DNA of 64,000 nt, taken from the NCBI GenBank assembly GCA_002633005.1, contig NMRA01000870.1, positions 48,915 through 112,914 on the forward strand, in the 5' to 3' direction. The position numbers and the translations under genes are program-made. Origin of the DNA: Phoronis australis. Taxonomy: Eukaryota; Animalia; Phoronida. The notes beneath the pieces were generated by a model. That model was not told the origin of the DNA. It made no database searches and saw only the letters and a list, made by a program, of their open reading frames with translations. Shown in pieces: positions 53,226 through 64,000 of the stretch; the stretch's first letter is position 1, and the number at the start of each line of letters is the position of its first letter.

Positions 53226-54341
53226 ATGATTATTGATTATGAAAAGTTTGGCTTTCTTTACATGGGAACTGGATTTGACTTTGTGAACTGTGCATTGCCT
53301 ATGGTTCCCATAGTATTTATGACATATCACGCAATTCTTGGAGTTTACACCGTGATATTTTTAGCGCTGGAGTTTGTGCTCTTTGAAAAACCTTCGGACA
53401 AACCTGACTTTTGGATGTGGAAGTTGCTTTGCTACCCCGATAGGTGGCAGCACATAGTAGCTATTGTGTATTTTGTTACTGCTTTCGCAACGCAATTTCG
53501 CTTGAACTCCATGAACATCCAGTCAACGAAGAACTCGGAACGTGAGACACTGAACTTTAAAAGAAGATTTACAGAGCAGCGAGTAAGCCCCTCTCGTGGA
53601 CGTAGAAGTGTGATGTCTGGAGCCTCACACTCTTTTCATGTACCAGAAAAGACTCGTGTGCAATCTGTATCTCCCACTGAAGGTATCGATTCAAGTAACC
53701 TTTACCCCGGAGAAGGACTTACGTGTAGTTCTGAGCAACTCTTACACAGCCATCTGTGCTGGTATCTAAAGTTACGTTGGTTTCTTCTGAATGCCACCTT
53801 TAATCTGGGGTTCACTTCTTCTCTTATCTTTTGGACTTTACACACTACAAAGTCTTCGTTGGTCACACAAATAATCCGACATGTCGTCACACCTGTGTCC
53901 CTCCTGCTGGAAATTGTACTTATTAATCATCCAATTTACATTCACCATTTTTATCATTCTTACGCAATCTGCATTCCGTACCTAGTTTTTATCGCCACCT
54001 ATTTAGCTGCAGGTGGCACTGATGAATATGGAAGAAGACAGATCACTGCAGCTATAGACGCGACAAAAGTGGAATCTAGCGTCATATTTCTATTCATTGT
54101 GCTTGTTCTTGCCATACCTAGTTCACAATGCATTGGAGCCTCAGTCAGTCTAATCAAAACAAAGTGTGGGTCGCAGAAGAAAAACGAAAAAGTCGAGCCG
54201 AATGTCAACGTCGAATCCAGTAACATGTTAACGCCAGAAAAGTTTCGAATGCAGAAATATAATCAACTGTTTGACGAAAATGTCATCAAGGTTCAGTCTA
54301 TAACTAAGGTCTTGCAGGAACCAACCAGATGTCACCACTGA
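53226..54341 (+). CDS. Rolling stone-like multi-pass membrane protein, paralog B (371 aa, intronless CDS)
   Basis: Intact ORF colinear with paralog A and carrying the same motifs. Nucleotide similarity extends from about 53085 to 54620 (versus about 35415-36960 in A). A 4-nt duplication near the stop changes the last few residues. Confidence 0.8.
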   Translation: MIIDYEKFGFLYMGTGFDFVNCALPMVPIVFMTYHAILGVYTVIFLALEFVLFEKPSDKPDFWMWKLLCYPDRWQHIVAIVYFVTAFATQFRLNSMNIQSTKNSERETLNFKRRFTEQRVSPSRGRRSVMSGASHSFHVPEKTRVQSVSPTEGIDSSNLYPGEGLTCSSEQLLHSHLCWYLKLRWFLLNATFNLGFTSSLIFWTLHTTKSSLVTQIIRHVVTPVSLLLEIVLINHPIYIHHFYHSYAICIPYLVFIATYLAAGGTDEYGRRQITAAIDATKVESSVIFLFIVLVLAIPSSQCIGASVSLIKTKCGSQKKNEKVEPNVNVESSNMLTPEKFRMQKYNQLFDENVIKVQSITKVLQEPTRCHH

Positions 54342-56764
54342 AAAAGGCTAAGGAAAAGACAGAAACAATAGACACCATAATAACGTCACCACGTGCAAAC
54401 GCCTGAAAATTGCAAAACCAAAATCAGTTGGACAGATGACCTCTATACACGGAGCATTGAACTAATATCGTAAAAAAAATGTTCATTGTCTTGTGTAAAC
54501 ATACTGTATGTTTAATGCTGACAGAAACAGCATTTTTGTATCTATAGCTTGTAGTTGTATATTATGGCACGACAAACCCAGAATTTGCTTTCCCAATTGT
54601 TCCTGTGAATTTGTGTTATACTGACAAGTAGGGAGAGACTTCTGACCAATGAGCTACATATACTGGGTATAAAGACGACACGACCACACTCGCAAGCCAG
54701 ACAGCGCGTGGCACTCGGTCCGCCATATTAATGATGAACGCTATGTAAACACAAGCACGGTGACCTTATGGAAGCCGGGGAATTTTCAGAATAACATTTG
54801 AAGTTTTAAATACTATCGAGGTTCTAAAATATTGGTAACATAAAGCAATGTAAACCTGTGACCCACGCATTGCATAAACGGTCATATAAGCCATTGCAAA
54901 GACAAAATTCTTAATGCTGTGGCTGAAATTCTCACGGAGTGCTGCTAGGACCTGGGAAATTTTGCCGACTCGGTCGAAAAGACAATCACCTAAAAGTATG
55001 AAGTTTAGAAAATGGCATTATACAGTGATTAACCTTTTACGTAGCTATAATTGTATAGTACTATTTTTCAGTTCCGCTTGTTTATAAATCGACAAGACGA
55101 TCAGCTGTCAAGGGGGCCACTCTCCGGCGCGCATTTTACGTCACTGCATTCCCAAAGTTTTTAGTATGGGTTTAAAATTTCTTGACCCGACGCCACTTGA
55201 TTAATTCTAACAAAAAATTGAGGCATGCGTTCGTGGGAAACACTTGAATACAAAGTAGAAAAAATATAGAAACCCATGGAAGTTGTTGAGCAATATGCGT
55301 GCATGTTAAGTCGTATCATTGTAAGCAACAATTGACCAATGGAACTGTACATGTTTGTGCACATGTGCGTATTCGGAATTGAGAGCACTTAAGTCAGTTT
55401 GAATAAAAGGTGGCAGCAAAATTTTGTAAAGCGATAGAGTTATAATTGCTGATATGTTAACTTAAAGTATTTCAATGAAAAAAGAAGAATGCAGGACACC
55501 AAAAACACCCTGTATTGGTTGGTAACAGGGGCGGATCCAAGATTTTGAGTTACTGGGGCAGGGCGTAGAAATAACCACAATTTTGCCACATGCGCGCGCC
55601 CAGCCTAAAATGAAGGGATGCAGGAGTCTCGGAATTTTTGGGATTGTGGACGTTATCACTAAAACAGAGGTTTGTTCAAGGCCTAGGCATTGTGCATTAG
55701 CCCCGCCCCCCGCGCCCCCTGGGTGCGTGCATATGTTACTTAGCAATTCGCACCCCGAACTGCCAAATGGTATGTGGGANCCGCCACTGGGTAAGGCACG
55801 CACATATAGTGTATACATGTACATCGGTTACCCGCGTTTGCCTGTGAACACCACTGCTTGGGCGGTCGAAGCCGGAGGTCGACGTATGCATTTGCACACA
55901 CCCAATTTCCCTAAAGGCACGTAAAACTTGGCTTTTCTCATTCAAAAACACAAGTAAATCAGTTTCCTGTCATCTGTTTTCAACAAATTCCTCGAACAAC
56001 GAGCCAAACCTGACATACGCCCTCTACATGAATTGTAGGCACTAGAAAATGCCCCGTGGCCGCGACCTGACTGTTCAGTCTACCTACAATCTTGAGCGTC
56101 ACTAGGCGAAATTAACGACGATGATGATTGTGATGATGAAGGTGACGATTATGAGCAACACTATAACACTCATGTGACTAGAGTAGATGTGAAAAATCAG
56201 TAAATAGGCTACAGTCTTGAGCGACATTTGGCGAACAGCAAAATCGGTCAACAAAGGAACAACGTTATCAGAAAATTTCAAATAACTCGAAAAGTAGACG
56301 TTTTTGCGAAAAATGGAAAACATCTTCTAAAAGCCCATTCAAATTTCTATCTAAATTGATAGTATCATATAATTCCGTAAATTTTTTGAAAGAAATGAAA
56401 TTTTGCGTTTTTTTAAAGAAATTCAAAGTCAAATTACTCGAAAACGGCAAGTCTGACAAAAAATTGTTCAAGGCCATTTGAAAGGGTATACTTCAAAGAA
56501 TCCACATGCAAAAATTCACGTCATTCTCCAGCACTCCAGCACGACTGAAAATAGATCCACATGCGCCAGATCCGCCATCTTGAAAGCTACTTCCGGTTCT
56601 TTAGCTTTGAATAATAGCATGTCAAAAGAAATTAATACCTGGAAAATGGCGAAGCAATAGCGGATTTGCAGCGACGCCATATTGAAATTAGGTTAAAATG
56701 GTGCATTGTGGGTGCTGTGGTCAGGATTCAGAAAGCGGCCATAGTAACAAGCATAATACGCGGT

Positions 56765-57990
56765 ATGAGCGCGAAGAAAACTTACGGCGGATACATTTGT
56801 TGTAATCCTGGCTGCTTCAAAAACAACAGGAGAGATAAAAATCTGAATTTTTATGTGTTTCCTGCAAACCAAGAACTTCGTGAAAAATGGATAAACAACA
56901 TTAGGAGAGCTGGGAGTAAGGGGAGATTTAGCGCATTCAAACCAACGCGGGGCCATCTAGTAGGCAACACTTAGCCCCTCGGTTGGCCATATAGGGGCTA
57001 CAATATTTCCATTCGCTTTCTGTACTCATTTCGTTACTTCAGTGTATTTTAAACGGGCCGTGACCGGATTTGGGTTACCGATTTCGAGTTTTCACCTCGT
57101 CAAAAATACATTTTATACTCAAAACTATCATTTAAAAAACGCTTACTTTCATCATTGGTTCTTTCTACTTCTATACATATCTTTGATGAAGCTTAGTTGT
57201 GAGAATTAAGTTGACTTTGGCGAAGAATTACAACTCAACTTTTTTGGTTGCCGTTAATTTTATCACCGCGTGCGCGATAACCACAAAGCATGTCAACTGA
57301 ATCACGTGAGTTAGGCAAAGGTTAGCGCGAGACTGAGCGAAGCGCGTGACGCTAGGGTGCGACACTTGTAAAATAGCATGAGAAGGTATCGGGTGAAACT
57401 TGTAAGATGTGTGTCCCTTGGATTTTTTTTTTTTCGTCAACATGCGTAATTTCACGTAACTTCCGCAAAATGGCCCACCAGGCAACTGAGAGACAGATTT
57501 TCATCGATTTGTTGAAGTTTTGCTGACTAAATTGTATCCAGAGTCGTGGTATGTGTTAATTATAACTCCGTGTTCCTATATGTATTGATTTTATTTGCTG
57601 TATTTTGAAATGAGTAACTTTTTGTGAGGATGTACTATCACCCCTGAATGCCTGCGGCATCCGGTTGCCTATGGACCATCGTGTGTGCATCGAACATTTT
57701 CCTGGTGGAAAAAAAGACGCATGAGAACAACATTCCGACGGAGTTTCCTCTTAAAATTAACGTCTCTAGCATATCCACGGCGAAAGCTACAAAAGTTTAG
57801 CAACCCAAGAACTCTCAACTTGTCTGAAACCGGAGGGGATTTCGAAATCAACGCCGATAGCCCCAATACTGAACATGACGAAAGACAGTCGTGCCCTCGG
57901 TCACGCGGTCACTGATCATAGCTTCGCTGTATTTACAAACGAGAGAGAGGACTTGCTTGGTATTATAAAGCAAAAAAATGAAACATGTTT
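56765..57990 (+). pseudogene. THAP zinc-finger ORF (DNA-transposon derived), split by an insertion and frameshifted
   Basis: MSAKKTYGGYICCNPGC..FYVFPANQELREKWINNIRR..PTRGH (56765-56957) resumes after 57672 as HRVCIEHFPGG..NNIPTEFP, completing the C2CH signature. A DHSF motif (HCF-1-binding DHxY-like) and a coiled-coil-like stretch follow. Confidence 0.75.
56958..57673. mobile_element. MITE inserted in the THAP domain
   Basis: Inverted TAGGCAAC (56961) and GTTGCCTA (57664-57671), flanked by near-duplicated GGCCATC and GACCATC (7-8 bp TSD, one mismatch). Confidence 0.65.
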
Positions 57991-59789
57991 TTTAGTTTGC
58001 AAATCACTCCAACTGCACACACTATCCAGCCCCCTCAAGACAAGCCTGACCACAAGCTATCCCATGAGCCTTCGCGCAGGAAGTAACTCGCACATGCGCA
58101 ATGCGTAGTTCGTTTGAGCTGCAAATCCGCTATTGGTTCTACAATGCGCCCTCTACAGGAGAAAACATTTTTTCCCGAAATCGAGGTGCGCATGTGCGAG
58201 TGCTGATATTTCAGTCGTCTTTAACCACAAGTGAACAATTTCCGATATACTTGCAACGCACTTACGGTCCATTAATTGTGCCTTTTTCCAGTCCTGTACG
58301 TAAAGAATTGTAGCCTCCAGAAGCATTTGAATCTTAACATGAAAACAAAATGGCCGCCCAAGTAAAAAAGTTAAAAAATGACAAAATTCAATGGTTGTAA
58401 ACTCTATCTGCCCTGTCCTACATACCCAGGCATTAAGAGTGACTCCATATAAAAACCAACAGGTAGAGTCTATACCCAAAATCACCGATTTTTTGAAACT
58501 TAGCACATGAGTTTGGTTTGTTGAGATGTAGAAAAACCTCACTTTTTAAGATTTTTCAATCATCATTTTTCTTTTTATGACCTGTACCTCCATTTTGCAA
58601 CAAAATTGGGCGTCGAAGTAGGCATGTTTGAATGCATTTTACTAGCATGTGTGGTAAGGTCAAAACAAATTAATAATACGAATTGAAAGGACAGTGGCTG
58701 AATAATTTAATGGCATAACTTTCAAAATCCATTCATAAATTTGTACGTTTTGAATTTGTGAGGCAGTTTTTCACTGAAGCCATTTTCGGCCAAAGTTGGC
58801 ACTCTGTAGCAGCCATAACGCACCTTTCCTGAAATTGACTTTATAATAATTTGTTTAGTCATTCCTAACCTGTTCATATCTAAAATAAAATATCTTGCCT
58901 CTGATGTAGTTTCTGCGTACGAAGCATTACACGAACTGCACTTCGTCCTTTTGCACGTTCTCAGTTGCCTCTGCTGCCAATAGGGGGCTCTTGGAACATA
59001 CAATTAGCTTGCGAAACACGACATAAAAACCTTGTATTTTGGAGAAAAGGCAGACAGCATTATTAATTACCATTCTCTGAAAACGGCATTGATGATTATT
59101 GCTTATTACAAAAAATATGTAACGTAAATCAACTGGCATGATGATAGATGGCGCTGCTTTTGTTTACGTAGAGACTGAAGACGCATCTGGAATAAGAGAA
59201 GTAACACAAGGACCTTGCTATAATACAAGACTTCGCGAAATATTGCCCTGCATTTTAAATAAGAACACGTGGTTTTGAATAAATTTTAGAGAGGTTCTAG
59301 TGTTACTGAACTCACCCCTGTCTTGTTGTCTATCTGCCTTGTTCGTGCTACAGGCAAAGGAAGGCGTCCAAGGTGGATATGCCTCCCTTATAGTGTTCAG
59401 TGCAAAAAAAATCCTTCAACTTGTCGATAGTCATTGTAACGTTGGGTTCATATTGTGATGTCCCTGTCGGTTGCTACAAGTTTTATTCGCCATCAGTCGC
59501 CAGAAATCTGGTGTTCCCCCCACACACCGGGCACCCTAACGCTGAATATTTCTGCCAGTGTGATCATCAGTGGTATAAAAAGGTACACATTCACAGTCAC
59601 TAGAAAATAATTCACGGGAGACAATTTTATTAATGACTCATTCATGACAGATATGAAGTAAACAGAAGTAACGGTCTCGACTTCATATATCACACATCTT
59701 TGACTGGTATGCTACAAAACTAGGCTAAACGTTGAGCTCATTTACCACTTCATTCAGTAAATCTGACGATATAACAGCATCTTCAGCAG

Positions 59790-60787
59790 AAATTGCATCG
59801 TCATAAATATTGCTGGAGAAAACCTCCAAAAAATCCACCAATCTGCGATTCACTTAATATCACAGGTAAACACTTTACCAGTAGGTTCTCGAAATGTTTT
59901 CTCCATTTTGGCACTTCCGAGGGTGAACGTTTTTACCTGACTTATCTCCTTCATCGAATATGTTCGTCAGAAAGTTCTTAACCTTTGCTGAAAATTTTGT
60001 TGACCTTTTACCTTTTTTAATGCCTAACCTATTGCTTCAGCATTCGTCTCATCCAAATAGTACTCTGAGGCTGTCTCAAATGACGCTCCGGTTCTTGCAT
60101 CTGAAAGCATTTCTGACCACTGTCGTGCGATGTGGTCATACGTGCATCAAAAATTTCGAGTGACCTTGCTGGGTACAAGGGAACTTTTGTTGAGGCTCTT
60201 CACCAGATCTGATACAATGCCAACCTTAACNCTGCGTCTGTAGCAAAAAATTTCGAGTAACCTTGCTGGGTACAAGGGAACTTTGTTGAGGCTCTTCACT
60301 AGATACACTGCCAACCTTAACTCTTGGTGTTGAAACTCCGCCATGTCTAGAGATGTTAGTGTATTTTAGAGAAATAGGTTTCCCATTTTCTCAGTATTTG
60401 TACGAACTTACCGTCACCTACATGGAATGATTTCCACACGCGAATTCCTTGGGTGGAATAGTGGGAATTTGGGAATGTGCTTATACCAGGAACTGGGTAT
60501 TTTGGAAAAGACTTTGTTGCATTGACTGAACATGCATACACATAACATCCCTTCACATGGCCACTGGAAAAAAATGCTTCTTTAAAATCCAGAAACTTTA
60601 TGATATTGTTACCTTCGGCTACAAACTACTTTGCATGTTGTTTGAGTGGAGCGATCTTGCGATCACAGAGGTCCTTTCCATTCTGACTTTCACTAAAGTC
60701 ATATCTCGAAACAGACATGCCGGTAGAATTTGACAAGGCTGCTACGTTCAGGAGGAGAGGAGCAGAGTGGTAACATCCAGCATTACC
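59790..60787 (-). pseudogene. DDE transposase remnant of the Sola3-like element
   Basis: Hand translation: NAGCYHSAPLLL..SRYDFSESQNGKDLCDRKIAPLKQHAK*FVAEGNNI..GIRVWKSFHVGDGK, then G*ALKKGKRSTKFSAKVKNFLTNIFDEGDKSGK..LSESQIGGFF. In-frame stops and frameshifts are present. Confidence 0.75.
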
Positions 60788-60855
60788 TAGCTCTTCCATG
60801 ACTGGTCCTGTTCCGTCAGAAATTCACCGACTCTGGGTAGTACGAGTGCGTACTC

Positions 60856-61619
60856 TGGCACAGGCCTTTGTTTTGTGAGGTAGTTTACTGTATCTCAAAA
60901 GTTCAGTGGTGTCTTTGACATAACTCACTAAAGCGCAAAGCTTTTGTGATTGGATTTTTTGCAGAATAAACTCTAAAGGAACATGAAGGCCCATCGACAT
61001 CGTCCGCCATTTTGTCTTTTTAAAATGCACTTGCTTCTCTCAAAACCAGTCATTACAACTATCAATTCATTCTCGTTTAATCTTAAAGGCATTTATTTCC
61101 ATTTAAAATGTCTACAGAGTGTTTAAATTAACCTGATAATGTAAAAGAAATGAAAGAATACAAGAGGGTTACATGTACATTTTTTATATATCCTCAAGCT
61201 TAACCTCAACTGACTCCCTCAGTGGGCAAAGGTNNNNNNNNNNNNNNNNNNNNNNNNNNNNTGAGGTAGTTTCCTGTATCTCAAATGTTCAGTGGTGTCT
61301 TTGACATAACTCACTAAAGCACAAAGCTTTTGTGATCGGATTTTTTGCAGAATAAACTCTAAAGGAACATGAAGGCCCATCGACATCGTCCGCCATTTTG
61401 TCTTTTTAAAATGCACTTGCTTCTCTCAAAACCAATCATTACAACTATCAATTCATTCTCGTTTAATCTTAAAGGCATTTATTTCCATTTAAAATTTCTA
61501 CAGAGTGCTTAAATTAACCTGATAATGTAAAAGAAATGAAAGAATACAATAGGGTTACACGTACATTTTTTATATATCCTCAAGCTTAACCTCAACTGAC
61601 TCCCTCAGTGGGCAAAGGT
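60856..61619. other. About 360-bp near-identical duplication flanking an N gap (probable assembly/haplotype artefact)
   Basis: 60856-61233 is repeated at 61262-61619 with a few substitutions, separated only by Ns. Confidence 0.8.
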
Positions 61620-64000
61620 CATCGGGTTCGGGTTTGATACTAGCCGCGTAATAGACCCGGAAAACATCTTGTTTTCATTTGAAAGAGTTTAGACTTGGTT
61701 TCTATAACTATTTAAAGCAGACTTCTTGCCTAAAAGTTTGTTCAAATGGTCTGTAAAGTCTGCTCGTCATTTCCAAACTATGAAAATAGACGGTTATGCA
61801 AGACAATTTTCACCAAGGTGCAAAGTTGAGGCAAGATTTTTTATTGCTCAGTCATCAAGACTAATACTTTAACTGTACGTTCAAAACGTCACATAAGGCT
61901 ACAAGGTGTTTTATGGCAGTAAGAACGTCACAAAAGTGGCCACTAAAATTAGCCCCAAAAAGTGGTCTGTGGATTATCTCCCCTGTCTAGCACAAAACTG
62001 TCAGATTTCAATAAATGGCACAGAATTATGTACAGTATACGTTGGTTATTTCAGCCACTAAAATATAGCTTTCGATCTATTTTGTATGTTACTCATTTTT
62101 GTTGCTGAAAACATGCGATTTTTGAGACGGCTAATATGCCCAATTGTGCCAATTTATGTTATCATGCTCCAGCGGCGAATTTAGGGGTCATTGAGTGCAC
62201 AAAATTTGGCATTTGGGTTTTTGTTAGGATACCTACCCATGTAGAAAAAATGAAGTTGTTTTAAATTTTGACGTATAGACTGATTTTTGAAAATCTACTG
62301 GTTTTTATATGGACTATCTCTTAAATACTACTTTTTTCTTTTAGTTATCATTTTCTTAACTCGCCACTTACAGAATTTTTTAAATTTCATTTCGCGTTCC
62401 CGGTATCCAGTCGGTATCCAACCTTTCGTTGTTTTGGACCAATCGTCTATACGGAATATTCAAAACCCTTTTTAAATACCCGTTTTATATTTTATCAATT
62501 TGTTTTTTTATTCATATTTTTTATTTTGTAGATGAATTATCCACTGAAGTTGTTTAAAAGTTATGTACCAACACTACAGTACCTCCGTGGTGAGTTTATA
62601 ATAAACAATTCCGATTATTCCAATATTTGTTTATTTTCTTTTTTCGCAAACAAAAATAGCTAACAATATTCCAGTTTCTGTAGCGTACTACCATAGTTAA
62701 AATGCCTCTCTGTCAACCAAACCACTCTAAGAATAATTGTGAAAATTGGCATGAATGTTCTAAATATGAAGAGGAGGGCTGACGTGGTGCCTCCCACTGT
62801 CATTTTTATACCCAATGCTGTATCCCATCCCCTCTGCAGGATTTTTATTAAATTTAGCAAGTGTATTTACATGAACATGACAATAAAAAACACAATTTTC
62901 GGATAGATTGGACTACCAGTGTGCCCCCTAATGGCAATTTTATTTTTTTACTTTTACTTCTGTATCTTCAACGTTCCACAAGGGACTTTCATAAAATTTG
63001 GCAGACAGGCATCTACATGTATCAGCGAGTTGACGCTATCCACTGGTTTTCGGTTCGATTCATGTAATTTTGCAGCACCTACTGTATTGGCCATTTTTAT
63101 TGTTCTTGAGTCTTCTGATTTGGCGTCTGCTACCCCTGCCATCCAAAACTGACTCGTAAACAGAAGCAAACGACGACCGAACTTATCACAACGGAGGTAG
63201 AACAATGACTGACTCGACTGCTCTCACAGTCAGACTGCATGGAAAGAAATTTGGCGCGAAATTCTTGCCTCCCAGAACTTCACTTCCGGAGTAGACGACG
63301 GGTAATTAATTAAGTTACGAAAAGCTGTAAATAAGTGAAAAATATGTCTGGGATAATCAACGAACCCTATTTTTGCTAAAAATGACATGAAAAAGGTTGC
63401 CTTCGCCTTTAATATTGAGCCCTAATCATTTACTAGTGGAGTTATCACTTGGATTGTTTCCTACATGTACTTGTCGAGATTCCTGTTTATTGTTGAGGGA
63501 AATGGAATTCACATGTGCAGCAGCACATTTCGTAACCACGTTATACATGTACATGTACTATTACGTCTTGTTAATAATTGAAGATGCTGCGCCCCGGAAA
63601 ATCCACCAACCTTGCAATACAGTGTGACTGTTCTCATGAACACGGAGATTTACATTCAATGGTTTGTAATATTTTTGCCTCCTGTGAGACGCATCGTCAC
63701 ATAACACGGGTCTACAAGGGGGCGCTGATGGATCATCCGGCTACATTTTCACCGAAGTTTCTGGCCCAGGTGCCAAAGGAGAGGTTTCAAAACTGATATC
63801 TCCGTCTTTCCCAATTATTTTTGTAGATTGCAAGTAGCCCATGCAAGGACAAAGATGATTGCCATGGGAAACCGAACTCACAAAGACCTACATTACACTC
63901 GAAACATTGCATCACGATTAATCACGGACGGAAGGCTTACTGACCCAAAATTGATGATTGATCAGCTGTTACGGCCTGTAGTCTGCAGCCGTCATAATTG

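Larger units (their letters stand above)
58437..62320 (-). mobile_element. Sola3-like DNA transposon, internally deleted and degenerate
   Basis: TTAA at 58433-58436 and 62321-62324 flanks inverted ends GAG(T/A)..TCCATATAAAAACCA, with patchy inverted similarity for about 250 bp more. Contains transposase remnants on the minus strand. TTAA TSD plus GAG termini are the recalled hallmarks of Sola3. Confidence 0.7.

Noticed and set aside
60149-60321. About 80-bp tandem duplication
   Set aside because: It straddles an N at 60231 and is probably a contig-overlap artefact.
60856-61619. Duplicated ORF MHFKKTKWRT.. as a tandem gene pair
   Set aside because: Near-identical copies abut an N gap, which points to an assembly artefact; the sequence is a decayed transposase 5' region.

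Overview
AT-rich animal genomic DNA with spliceosomal introns and many transposon remnants, most likely from a marine invertebrate (inferred from the repeat families and gene content). Most ORFs in the supplied track are spurious or are single exons. Four genes could be reconstructed by hand. (1) A 5-exon, 304-aa secreted and probably GPI-anchored protein resembling the coral SAARP/CARP skeletal-matrix family, but Lys/Arg-rich where those proteins are Asp-rich (+, 2145-9677). (2) GNL2/NOG2 nucleolar GTPase in 16 exons (-, 30286-11937); exon 7 is cut by an assembly N, and the exon-13 acceptor is amplified into a 32-bp minisatellite. (3, 4) Two paralogous rolling stone-like membrane proteins with intronless CDS (+, 35559-36686 and 53226-54341), each preceded by a uORF that overlaps the start codon. 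The remainder holds a Sola3-like DNA transposon with TTAA target-site duplication (TSD), a Helentron-like element carrying a dimeric tandem array, a Penelope remnant with a degenerate hammerhead motif, two LINE fragments, a THAP ORF split by a nested insertion, several MITE families and microsatellites. Family assignments come from recalled motifs, not database searches.
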